From Octopus vulgaris (taxonomy: Eukaryota): a stretch of DNA of 64,000 nucleotides. The position numbers and the translations under genes are program-made. Positions within the stretch are counted from its first letter, which is position 1, and each line of letters starts with the position of its first letter. This document shows positions 13,096 to 24,612 of the stretch, one piece after another. Under the pieces are notes generated by a model that worked only from the letters and a program-made list of their open reading frames with translations, had not been told where the DNA came from and made no database searches. The stretch lies in the NCBI GenBank assembly GCA_951406725.2, contig OX597825.1, forward strand, positions 19,034,001-19,098,000. The letters are read 5' to 3'.

Positions 13096-13097
<2 letters not shown>
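12899..13097 (+). mobile_element. Family H1 hammerhead-motif element (probable solo pLTR), ~200 bp
   Basis: Five homologous copies in the window with shared termini TGACC... and ...GTTTGGATTAAC, followed by (TA)n(TG)n. Confidence 0.8.
12969..13003 (+). ncRNA. Putative minimal type I hammerhead ribozyme with canonical CUGANGA/GAAA core
   Basis: GTTT-CTGACGA-A-GAGC-TCT-GCTC-GAAA-CG-TT-AAAC: stem I GTTT/AAAC, stem II GAGC/GCTC, palindromic AACGTT in place of stem III. Confidence 0.7.
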
Positions 13098-13142
<45 letters not shown>

Positions 13143-13980
13143 TGTGTGTTCGGATAGATAGATAGATAGATAGGTAGATAGACATAATGATATATATATA
13201 AATATATATACATATATATATACTCACATGGATAAACACCAAAAAATGCACACGTTCTCTCTCTCTCTCTCTCGCGCATGTGTGTGAGTTTGATTGCTAA
13301 GAAGATGATCCTTGAGGTTATCAAGACAAGAATAATGTAAATATGACTAAATAAGCAGCAGAATTGCGGATAAAAAATGACATCCGGTTGTAGAATAAAA
13401 TTATATCCGGCACTGGAATATTCAAGCTTATTTTACATCCTATTTATAAACAGTACTTTGTATATGTAAAACTTTGAACGACCAAAGCATTGTGATTGGA
13501 TTTGGTAGGCGGAAACTGAAAGAAGCCCATCGTATATACATGTGTGTGTGTGTAAGTGTATGTAAACATATGTGTGTGTTCGCGTGTGACTCTCGGCCCT
13601 TGAATCACGATATTGCTACTGCCAAATATATACAAACATATGTGTGTATATGTGTATATATATATACACTCACACACACACACACACAAAATACAAATAC
13701 CAGGAATGTCACAAGGTGAATGAGATACTTCTGCGATGTGTGAGATTTCAAGAGGAACAAAAATATTCAAAAGCTGTTGTGCAAAATGTACACACACACA
13801 CACACGCATACACATACACACACACACACACACACAAATTCAACAAAATTACCGAAATCTTTCTGACTGTTAAAGCGCTGCCTCCCATGAAAATATCTGA
13901 AACACTAATTTTGCATTTGTGCTCCTCGTTGTTATTTCAGAATTGATATTTCAACTGTCGCCATTACCATATTCACTCAG

Positions 13981-14014
<34 letters not shown>

Positions 14015-15072
14015 TTGTGTGTGTATCTGTTTGTGTTGTCATTTCTACACGATTAAACAGAATGGGAGCGTGTTTCAAATTTTGAATCCAGGAGGAGTAA
14101 TATAACCCCCTTCTTACCACTATCAGTTTTCGGGAACCTCAAACTAACAGAAAATAATAAGACAACCTGATAATCTATTAACTGCTCATCTTTATTTCTT
14201 GTCACAGCAGGATCGCTGTTTAACAAAGACAATACAAAATCCGAAAGAACTGAGATTCATGCCACTCCCCACCCCATCGATCACTCTACACTTCTTTGAC
14301 GAAAGAACATCACTTTTTGGGGCTGTTTACACATATTTTCTTTTTCCCTTCTCTATTTTTTTTCTATTTCTTTTTTGTCTTTGGTGTTTTTGTAATCAAA
14401 ATTTCAGTAGCATGACACCTCTACTGTCTCTTTGAACTTGAAACCAAAAATTAAAGCAGCAGGGATCGCAAACTGCTGAAAGGGGCCATCACAACAGGTG
14501 TCACTATATATAGTGAAGTCCCTTCCCATGTTCTTCCTACTGAGAGTTTGTTGTTATTCTATATCAGATAACAAATTCACAAGAGTATCCCTTGTCTTAA
14601 ATTTCAACGGGTAATTATCATTTTGTCCTTCTCTTTAAGGGATTTTGTTTTTTTTCTTTGTGAAATTTTGTTTGGAGGCCTTGTAGTTAAAAAGCAAAGA
14701 AAACAAAAAACAAGAAAAAGTGCTTTTGGCGTAGGCAGAAATCCCCAAATATTTGAGAGAAACACGATTTAATCGACTGAAGTATTTGGTTCATATTTTC
14801 ACTATATCACCTCATGCAGGATGAATGACAAAGTGGATCCCAGCGGGATTTGGCAACAGGGAGGTATCTCTTTCATTTAAAGTGACCCTAAATTATCCAA
14901 AGACAATTAAAAAAAAACAAAAACAAATAAACATACCATGAACATATAGCTCTATTGACAAACAAAAATGTAAATGGCTAGAATGATTGATGTTGCTTCG
15001 TTTTCGACGATAACTATCCTAGTTGTTTGATCAACGTGACAAAACACACATTAAATTATAGTAAAAATACAA

Positions 15073-15254
15073 ACTGGCAGAAACGTTAGCATGCCGGGCG
15101 AAATGGTTAGCTGTATTTCGTCTGCTGTTACGTTCTGAGTTCAAATTCCGCCGAGGTCGACTTTGCCTTTCATCTATCCGGTTTCGATAAATTAAGTACC
15201 AGTTATGCACTGGAATCGATGTAATCGACTTAATCCATTTGTCTGTCCTTGTTT
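15073..15254 (+). mobile_element. SINE family A, 5' part (continues at 16511 after a MITE insertion)
   Basis: SINE sequence breaks at ...GTCTGTCCTTGTTT and resumes TTGTTTGTCCTCTCTGTG at 16511. Confidence 0.85.
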
Positions 15255-15872
15255 GGGATTTTTTCAATTCTGAAGCCAGTTTTTTCAAATTTTTCCTACT
15301 GAACCAAACAATTTGAAACTTCGTATACTGGTAGAATGTGTCAAAAGTAAACTTAATTGTAAACCAGAATGAAAACGGAATTGTAACTTCTAAGTTTAAC
15401 GTTGTTTAATAATTAGAATTTTAACCAATGATATTCCGTCATTCGGCTTTATTTTATTTACTCCGTCTCGACCACCAATTTGGTGACGTATTAAACATCT
15501 TAAATGTAAACAAAGCGTCTGTTAGTACTTGCTTTCGTTTGCTATTAAGAAGTGGCATCTCAGTGACGAGGCTTCTAACAAGATTTCGTTTCTAAGCTAA
15601 TGCGTTTCATTTCACTTATTGTATTTATTTGTGCAAAAGGCAAGAAATTTAATATTAAAAAAGCAAAGAGCTGGCAGAAACGTTAGCACGCCGGGCGAAA
15701 TGCGTAGCCGTATTTCGTCTGCCGTTACGTTCTGAGTTCAAATTCCGCCGAGGTCGATTTTGCCTTTTATCACACACACACACACACACACACACACACC
15801 ACACACGCGCGCATACAGACACACACACACACGCTCACACACGCATATATATAATTATACATACATTACACG

Positions 15873-15949
<77 letters not shown>

Positions 15950-16064
15950 CATCAGTTTAATTATATAAGGCTCACACATTTTAGATATTTAATACATCCG
16001 CACGAATATGTGTGTTTATTTATTTCATAAATATTTACATACATATATGAACATACATATATAC

Positions 16065-16126
<62 letters not shown>

Positions 16127-16510
16127 GAAGAGAGAGAGAAAAGGACAGACAGACAGACAGACAGAAAAAAAGGCGGACGTTTTATTTCAATGAGTTCAAG
16201 CAAGATAAATGTAATATAGTAAGAGAGGGGAGGCAGACAGACTTACAAAGAGAGAGCAGACTACGTCACAAAACTGCTTTCAACGTCACACTAACAGATC
16301 GCAGTAACGTTTTAGATATGAAAACAAGCAATCTCATTGGTTAAAATTCGCAGTTTTAATCTACGATTAAAGTCATAAAATAGATTTTTCTCAAATAAAC
16401 TAGTTCCAACTGGCGAATAAACTAGTTCCACTCTATGAGTACACGAAGTTTCAAATTATTTAGTTAACTAGAAAGATCTGGGGTCCTGGCCACGATATTG
16501 AAAAGATCCC
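15255..16510. mobile_element. MITE (GGGAT...GATCCC) with 6-bp TSD TTGTTT, itself containing a SINE A fragment (15668-15770) and microsatellites
   Basis: Sub-terminal AAACTTCGTATACTGGTAG motif shared with 44422-44766; TTGTTT at 15249-15254 and 16511-16516. Confidence 0.75.
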
Positions 16511-17095
16511 TTGTTTGTCCTCTCTGTGCTTAGCCCCTTGTGAGAAGTAAAAAAAAATAGATATTTCGTCTATCTTTACTTTCTGAGTCCAAATTCCGCC
16601 GAGGTCGACTTTGCCTTTCATCCTTTCGGGGTCGATAAATTAAGTACCAGTTACGCACTTGAGTCGATGTAATCGACTTAATCCGTTTGTCTGTCCTTGT
16701 TTGTCCCCTTTATGTTTAGCCCCTTGTGGGCAATAAAAAATAGGCATTATTTCGTCTGCTGCTACGTTCTAAGTTCAAATTCCGCCGAGGTCGACTTTGC
16801 CTTTCATCCTTTCGGGATCGATTAGATAAGTACCAGCTACAAACTGGGGTCGATATAATCAACTTAATCTATTTGTCTCTCCTTGTTTGTCCTCTCTGTG
16901 TGTAGCCCCTTGAGGGTAGTAAAGAAATAGGTATTTCGTCTATCGTTACGCTCTGAGTTCAAATCCCGCCAAGACTGACTTCGCCTTTCATCCTTTCGGG
17001 TTCGATAAATTAAGTACCAGTTGCATACTGGAGTCGATCTAATCAACTGGCCCCCTCCTCTAAAATTTCAACCCTTGTGCCCAGAGTAGAAACGA
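16511..17095 (+). repeat. Head-to-tail array of ~185-bp headless SINE A bodies (three units plus the tail of the split copy)
   Basis: Units begin TATTTCGTCT at ~16563, ~16748 and ~16932; the first two end ...AGCCCCTTG..GG..AA(G)AAATAG. Confidence 0.85.
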
Positions 17096-17184
17096 ATATT
17101 ATCCTTTTGGCATATATAAAAATTGATAGGACATTTATGATAGGAAACGTTTTTACGATAATTTCGCTCGTCCAGGGTTCATCC

Positions 17185-17360
17185 GTGGAGGCACATGGCC
17201 TAGTGGTTAGAGCAGTAGACTCGCTGTCGAGGGATCGCGGGTTCAAATCTCAGACCAGGTGATGTGTGTGAAACACCTAAGCTCCACGCGGCCCCGGCAG
17301 AATGTAATGTCGAACTTCAGCCGAATTTTTCGCCACAAATTTCTCTCACCCTATTTTCCT
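17185..17360 (+). mobile_element. tRNA-derived SINE family C, 5' part
   Basis: GTGGAGGCACATGGCCTAGTGGTTAG...GGTTCAAATCTC head, homologous to 56387-56772. Confidence 0.7.
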
Positions 17361-18325
17361 GTATCTATGTATCTATGTGCCCTATCACCCTCACTTTACA
17401 ACCGGTGTTGGTGTATTTAACTCCCCGTAACTTAGTGGTTTGACCAAAGTTTTTGATATAATAAGTACCAGGCATAAAATATGGTCCTGGGGTCGAATCA
17501 TTTAACAAAAATTGTTCAAGATGGAGTTAAACTAGTAAAAGATAAAAGATTTGACGGTTATTCATACCATTATTAATAACAATACCAAATTCAGGCTAAT
17601 TCCTCTATTTTGTGAGAATCTTAGGGTGTATAAAAACACCTCGAGAGAACCTGTGGGTAGACGGGGTCTGACTGGGGAGAGTGTAAGTTATCCAGATTGT
17701 CACACTGTACCCCTACGACCTTTTACTGTATACTACAATATGGATTACAGTTCCCAGCTCGGTAGAATTGGAGGACGGATATGTGTTCCCACTTTTGTTA
17801 TACGAGAGGTTTAAAACGTGTAGCGGCCCTTAAAATAAAGTTGACACTTCAAATAAAGTCCGCTGCTTTAACCACTTAGCCATGTGCCTCCAAAATAAAT
17901 ATATACAAACTATAAAAATAATAATAAAAATTTATAGAGTGTAGTATCGTTTCTACTTCGCGGATTTTCACATATCGCAGGATGTTTTGGAACGTAACAC
18001 TTGCAATAGTCAGTGTATTAGTGTACATACAAGAGATTTCAAAACGTTGGCTTCAAATCAATTTAATTCAAAAGGTTTGGGGTATCAGAGGCATTGGTAA
18101 GATACCTTTGCCAAAGACGCTATTCTATACGATAGATCCCGTGGATTGCAAAGCGGACTATTTTGAAAATTTTATCATGTTACGTGCATAAACGCTCGTG
18201 TGCGCATACACACGCAATCACACAAACACACATACACACAGAAACACACACCTATAAACTAAAACAAGTGCACACGTACACGCACATATATGCACAAATA
18301 CTCACACATATGTTTGTGTGTGTGT

Positions 18326-18405
<80 letters not shown>

Positions 18406-18426
18406 GTAGATAGAGAGATAGATATA

Positions 18427-18830
18427 GTGGCTGTAGGGTAACAAAGCTTACTTCCCAATCACATGTTTCTAGATTCAACCCACTGCATCACCCATCGGTC
18501 AAGTGTCTTCTACTATAGACATGGGCCGACCAGAGTCTTGTGAGTGGATCTAGTAAATGGAAACTGAAAGAAACCTGTCAAATATCTGTGTGTCTGTCTG
18601 TCCGTCTGTCAGTGTGTGTCTGTGTGTGTTTGTGTTTGTACCCTCATCATCCTTTCACAACGAATGTTGGTGTATTAACGTCCCCGAAACTTAGCAGTTC
18701 GGCAAAAGTGACCGATAGAACATGTACTAGGCTTACAAAGAATAAGTCCTGCGGTCGACTTCTTCGACGAAAATACTCTTTAAGGCGGTGCTCCAGCATG
18801 GCCGCAATCAAATGACTGAAACAAGTAAAA
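18427..18830 (+). mobile_element. SINE family B, near full length
   Basis: GTGGCTGTAGGGTAAC head; tail TAAGGCGGTGCTCCAGCATGGCCGCAATCAAATGACTGAAACAAGTAAAA. Confidence 0.8.
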
Positions 18831-20029
18831 TAATATTAGACTAAAAATATATATACCTTCATTCATACCTATGTATATATGTAGGGAAACGCAATCAGAC
18901 ATCTATCTCTTTATCTATCCCTGTCTTTCATACACACACACACACACATACATACATACACATACACATAATACCCCATGCATACATACGTATGTATGAA
19001 TATACACACAAGCCGATATACACACACTCTTCAGAAACCTCTAATGGTTGTTTGACATACAATAAACAGCAGGTATATTTTGCTTACATCACACCGTTCA
19101 TGCTTAAGAAATATCGCAGATTACTGGAGGCAGATTCAATTACATGTCGGACAAAACTCTTAGCGGCTTTTCGTACGTAGCGGCATTTCAGGCTCGATTT
19201 TGCCTTTAATTCATTGGAGTCCCATACATTAAGAACCAAATGTGCAGTGGAATTGATGTAATCGACTTACCCCCACTTCCCCGAAATTACTGGTCTTGTG
19301 CCAAAATTTAAAAACAAAATATTAGAGGGTTGATGCTTTAAATGTTAGAATACCCAATGCTAGAACCCTAAAGAGACTGCTCGAGCACAACCAACATAAA
19401 CAAAAACCTCACACAGACACACGGACAAACGAACGTGGAAATATACGTTTACTGGAACACACACAAACAAGTAAACACGATCATACATAAAGCTTGACAC
19501 TCTGTCTGAAATTTAATTTGTAATGTTTATATACGATTTGCAACTCATCAATTATACAGGGCGAGTTGTCTTTTAGAAATGAAGTTTGACAGTAAATTAA
19601 GTATAATTTTCCTAACAGGTGAAATATAATCGATATATTTATGACACGTCTTTAATCTGTAGTGATATTTAAATTACAAACATCAACAGATAAATATATT
19701 AGTTAATTAATTAGATACATTATTAATTAGAGATAATCACTGCAATACGAGTATTCTTAGTCTTGATGTATATGATGTTTCAATAGAGTAAAAATAGAAA
19801 TATTGATGATATTTCAAATAATTTGGACAAATTCACTCTAGGAAGAAGCGGGATCGAATATGACCAGCGCCACAGATTTTAGTTTCACAACTACGTGGTT
19901 CTGCATTCAACCATACTGAGATGCCTGCAAGGTTGACAGATGTGACGTCATTTTGTAGACGAAAACTGTAGAGAATCCTGCCGTATGTGTGTATGTATGA
20001 ATGTGTGTATTTGTATGTGTGTAATGCGT

Positions 20030-20313
20030 AAGAAAACACCTAAAGCTCCACGAGGCTCCGGCAGGGATGGTGGTGATCCCTGCTGTACTCTTTCACCACA
20101 ACTTTCTCTCACTCTTACTTCCTGTTTCTGTTGTACCTGTATTTCATAGGGCCTTGTCACTCTCTGTGTCACGCTGAATATCCCCGAGAACTACGTTAAG
20201 GGTACACGTGTCTGTGGAGTGCTCAGCCACTTACACGTTAATTTCACGAGCAGGCTGTTCCGTTCATTCGGATCAACCGGAACCCTCATCGTCGTAACCG
20301 ACGGAGTGCTTCC
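20030..20313 (+). mobile_element. SINE family C, 5'-truncated
   Basis: Nearly identical to the reverse complement of 56387-56675. Confidence 0.85.
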
Positions 20314-20841
20314 AAAAAAAAGAAAAAGTAATGCGTAAACAACTGCGTTATAGAAGCGCTGTATGTCTTAACAGTGAAGCTTCATAATGTAACATTCCGT
20401 AATGCGATTTCAAACCCGCATATTTAAAGTTGAACTCAAAATCACAGAAAAGGCGTCCACTTCCACTAATGTTTAAAAAAACCTGACATGCAGGGACATA
20501 TTTTTACAATATATTTCATCAATAGCCACTAGAGTAAAGTTTCACAGGAACACAGTTAATACACCCAAGCAGAAAATAAATGAACCAACACATTACAACT
20601 CCGGAAGTCCTTCGGTAGAATGGCTATCTAGACTCTTTCACCAATCATCAGTACATCAAACAAAATCTACACATACAGTATGTATATATATATGTATATG
20701 TATGTATATATGTAGGTGAGAGAGTTGGTATATGTATATATGTATATATATGTATGTATATATGAATATATATATGTATATATTACGGAGATGTACTCGC
20801 ATAGCAAGTAATTTGATCTGAGATCGTGTGCTGAAACGAAA

Positions 20842-21993
20842 ACAATTGCAGCGTGGGAGGTGTTTATAAGCCATTTAAGAAACACACAAAAGCCGTTCGA
20901 TTCACTCCAACATTTAAGTTTAATTTGTCAAAATATTTTCGTCGCTAAAATCCGCGACCTGTTCACTGACAAAGTCCGTGCTGCATCTAAGAAAGTAACA
21001 GTTAGTTCGTCATATATATGTATGTACGTATGTATGTGTGTATGTATGCATACATGTGTGTATGTATGTACGTATTCATGTCCGCACATACGCCTGTGTA
21101 TGCATGTATGTATGTATGTATGTATGTATGTATGTATGTATGTATATATGTATGTGTGTGTATAAGCACGCACATACACTCTATAAAACATAAAGTTATA
21201 AACCTGTAGCGATGGATGGATGTAGAGTGACCACTCATCACAACGCTATCAAATTTCAACTCCCTACGGCCGAGGCTAGAAAGTGAATTTATGACGCTTG
21301 CTCACAAGAACTATACCCTAAAATCTATTATCAGATTTTTATCTCTATATCACAGAACTAATGTTTTACTATTGTTCGTATGTATGTATGTATGTGCGTA
21401 TGTATGTATGTATGTATGTATGTATGTATGTATGTATGTATGTATGTATGTATGTATGTATGTACATACGTACGCATGTGCGTATGTATGTATACGCGCC
21501 CGTATGCATGTGCCCATGTATGTGTGTGTGTACATGTACGTGCGTATGTACGTGTGTATGCCCATACGTAGGTATGTATGTATGTTTGTATTCATGTGCT
21601 ACGTATGTATGTGAGTGTCTAGGAGAATGGGCAGATGTGTCCGTGAGAGTGTGTACATGTGTATGTGTATGTGAACGTATGTCCGTGTACTGGCATGTGT
21701 CCGTCCAAGTTGTGTACATGACTGTTACTTAGCTGAAGGTTGTATACATATTTACATATATGTTTGTATAGACGCACACATATATATATGTGTGTGTGGG
21801 TGTGTGTTTGTTCCTCTCATCATCGTCTAACCGTGAATGGGTACAACGCCTAGGTGCAACTGTTCGTATCAAACAACGTCTGCTCATACCGTTGTATATA
21901 ACTGCACATACGCATTGCAACCTGTATGTAAGGACTACAGGTGAAAGGGAGAGAGAGAGAGAGGGGTGGTTATAGAATAGTCCTTCTGAATGG
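20842..21993 (-). repeat. Left (inverted) pseudo-LTR arm, with ~54 bp extra tail at 20788-20841
   Basis: Reverse complement of 23445-24612; differences seen are microsatellite length changes and two substitutions near 21323 and 21339. Confidence 0.95.
20924..20973 (-). ncRNA. Putative G3-C8 minimal hammerhead ribozyme in the left pLTR
   Basis: Reverse complement of 24481-24530. Confidence 0.6.
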
Positions 21994-22598
21994 TAGACCA
22001 CCTACCATTACCTCGGCTTACAGGAAGACTCACTGTGAGCGTTGGCAGGGATGGACAAAGCCGGACTACCCACCCTCAAGTGCACACGATATTAGAACCA
22101 CCATCGCACATGCTATCGGTGTCAGCCTGAGATTTACGCTAAAAACACATATTTTTAAATTTGACAACAAACTGTATAAGCAAACGAAAGGCGGTGCTAT
22201 TGGAGTGGGGATCGCCGGTGACGTTGCTAACCTCTTCATGGTATGGTGGGACGAGCGTTTTAAACAGTGCCTAGCAAACCGTAACATCCACTTGGCTATG
22301 TACTCTCGTTACGTCGACGACATTAACCTTGTTGTGAAATGTAATACAGACACAGTTATGGGCCCTCTACCAAGTGAAGAACAGGTGATGACATCTATAC
22401 AACACATAGCTGACTCTATCCACAGCAGTATAAAACTTACCATAGACTACCCCTCTAGACACCCCAGTAAACGATTACCCGTCCTAGATACTGAGCTATG
22501 GATGGAAGACGCTATGGTTAATGGTACCATTAAACCATGTATACTCCACTCACACTATCAGAAACCGATGGCTAATCCACTAGTAATCCGTAGTGACT
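21994..22598 (+). CDS. Penelope-like reverse transcriptase, C-terminal half (5'-truncated; frameshift at 22598-22599)
   Basis: RT motifs FKFDNKLYKQTKGGAIG, YSRYVDD, IKLTID and LPVLD, then HSHYQKP. Confidence 0.9.
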
Positions 22599-23468
22599 TC
22601 AGCTATGTCGGATACTGCCAAACTCAACATCCTAGTGGCAGACTTAGTTAGAGTAATGAGGAATGTATCACCACTATGCCAACCACAAGAACGACAACAA
22701 CACATCCAGCACTACATATTCCGAATGCAACGTTCCGGATACACACAAGACGATAGAGTCAGGGTGTACAAAGGAGCGAAAGCTAGATTCGAACGCATTC
22801 TAGGGAACGACGAAAACGGTATATGCCCCCTGTACCGCAACAAGTTCTGGAATAGGTTAGAGAGGGACACCAACAAGAAGATGAGGAACGTTACTTGGTA
22901 CGATAACAGGAGATTTCACGGAGTGATGTTCGTTGACGCCACACCTATGAACGAGCTAAGTAAGGCATTCAAGAAAGTCCTGCGCACTACGGGCCTAAAA
23001 GTTAAAGTTGTAGAAAAGACAGGTAGGACTATCAAATCGGCATTATGCAGATCATATCCATTTGATAGAATCACCTGTCAGAGTAATTGTGCAGTGTGTT
23101 CGACAAATCCACACGTAAATTGTAAAACCAAGGGCACTGTATACCAGATTAAGTGCCAGGAGGGAGCTTGCGCGGCTAACCCGGAGTCATACATAGGTGA
23201 GACCTCTAGAAGCATCAATGATAGGTTCAAAGAACACCTGGACAACTACATTGAAAGGAAGCCAAACTCCATCTTCTACCAACATGCTGTAGACTGCCAC
23301 AAGGGATCCTTAGGGGAGCTTAAGTTGAACATCCTATCTACACATCCCACCGATGCAATGTTGAGACAGGTCACAGAAGCTGTTTGTATACAAGAATACA
23401 AACCTACTCTCAACCGAAAGTTCGAATGGAATAACATCCAGATCCCATTCAGAAGGACTATTCTATAA
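22599..23468 (+). CDS. Penelope-like RT thumb, Cys-rich linker and GIY-YIG endonuclease (continuation of the RT ORF)
   Basis: CQSNCAVC..C linker; GTVYQIKC...SYIGETSRSINDRFKEH...H..CH...EAVCIQ...PTLNRK; removing one T at 22598 restores RSD-SAMS in a single frame. Confidence 0.9.
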   Translation, partial: SAMSDTAKLNILVADLVRVMRNVSPLCQPQERQQHIQHYIFRMQRSGYTQDDRVRVYKGAKARFERILGNDENGICPLYRNKFWNRLERDTNKKMRNVTWYDNRRFHGVMFVDATPMNELSKAFKKVLRTTGLKVKVVEKTGRTIKSALCRSYPFDRITCQSNCAVCSTNPHVNCKTKGTVYQIKCQEGACAANPESYIGETSRSINDRFKEHLDNYIERKPNSIFYQHAVDCHKGSLGELKLNILSTHPTDAMLRQVTEAVCIQEYKPTLNRKFEWNNIQIPFRRTIL

Positions 23469-24612
23469 CCACCCCTCTCTCTCTCTCTCCCTTTCACCTG
23501 TAGTCCTTACATACAGGTTGCAATGCGTATGTGCAGTTATATACAACGGTATGAGCAGACGTTGTTTGATACGAACAGTTGCACCTAGGCGTTGTACCCA
23601 TTCACGGTTAGACGATGATGAGAGGAACAAACACACACCCACACACACATATATATATATGTGTGCGTCTATACAAACATATATGTAAATATGTATACAA
23701 CCTTCAGCTAAGTAACAGTCATGTACACAACTTGGACGGACACATGCCAGTACACGGACATACGTTCACATACACATACACATGTACACACTCTCACGGA
23801 CACATCTGCCCATTCTCCTAGACACTCACATACATACGTAGCACATGAATACAAACATACATACATACCTACGTATGGGCATACACACGTACATACGCAC
23901 GTACATGTACACACACACATACATGGGCACATGCATACGGGCGCGTATACATACATACGCACATGCGTACGTATGTACATACATACATACATACATACAT
24001 ACATACATACATACATACATACATACATACATACACATACATACATACATACGAACAATAGTAAAACATTAGTTCTGTGATATAGAGATAGAAATCTGAT
24101 AATAGAATTTAGGGTATAGTTCTTGTGAGCAAGCGTCATAAATTCACTTTCTAGCCTCGGCCGTAGGGAGTTGAAATTTGATAGCGTTGTGATGAGTGGT
24201 CACTCTACATCCATCCATCGCTACAGGTTTATAACTTTATGTTTTATAGAGTGTATGTGCGTGCTTATACACACACATACATATATACATACATACATAC
24301 ATACATACATACATACATACATACATACATACATACATACATACATACATGCATACACAGGCGTATGTGCGGACATGAATACGTACATACATACACACAT
24401 GTATGCATACATACACACATACATACGTACATACATATATATGACGAACTAACTGTTACTTTCTTAGATGCAGCACGGACTTTGTCAGTGAACAGGTCGC
24501 GGATTTTAGCGACGAAAATATTTTGACAAATTAAACTTAAATGTTGGAGTGAATCGAACGGCTTTTGTGTGTTTCTTAAATGGCTTATAAACACCTCCCA
24601 CGCTGCAATTGT
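23445..24612 (+). repeat. Right (sense) pseudo-LTR arm: last 24 nt of ORF, microsatellite-rich 3' region, ribozyme module
   Basis: Reverse complement of 20842-21993. Confidence 0.95.
24481..24530 (+). ncRNA. Putative G3-C8 minimal hammerhead ribozyme in the right pLTR, on the same strand as the ORF
   Basis: TTTGTCA-GTGAACA-G-GTCGC-GGATTTTA-GCGAC-GAAA-ATAT-TT-TGACAAA. Confidence 0.62.

Larger units (their letters stand above)
20788..24612 (+). mobile_element. 5'-truncated Penelope-like retroelement (C-terminal GIY-YIG type, Neptune/Nematis-like) with inverted pseudo-LTRs
   Basis: RT and GIY-YIG coding region flanked by ~1.15-kb inverted repeats; inserted in TA-rich microsatellite; no clear TSD. 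Confidence 0.92.

Noticed and set aside
16511-17095. Regularly spaced repeats that might suggest a CRISPR-like array
   Set aside because: The units are whole ~185-bp SINE bodies without unique spacers, in a eukaryotic context with no cas genes.
20842-24612. Possibility that the large inverted repeat is a sequencing fold-back artefact or a DNA-transposon TIR
   Set aside because: The arms differ by substitutions and microsatellite lengths, enclose a unique 1.45-kb RT/GIY-YIG core with no transposase, and the same end geometry recurs at 11641-11896. Long-read confirmation is still advisable.
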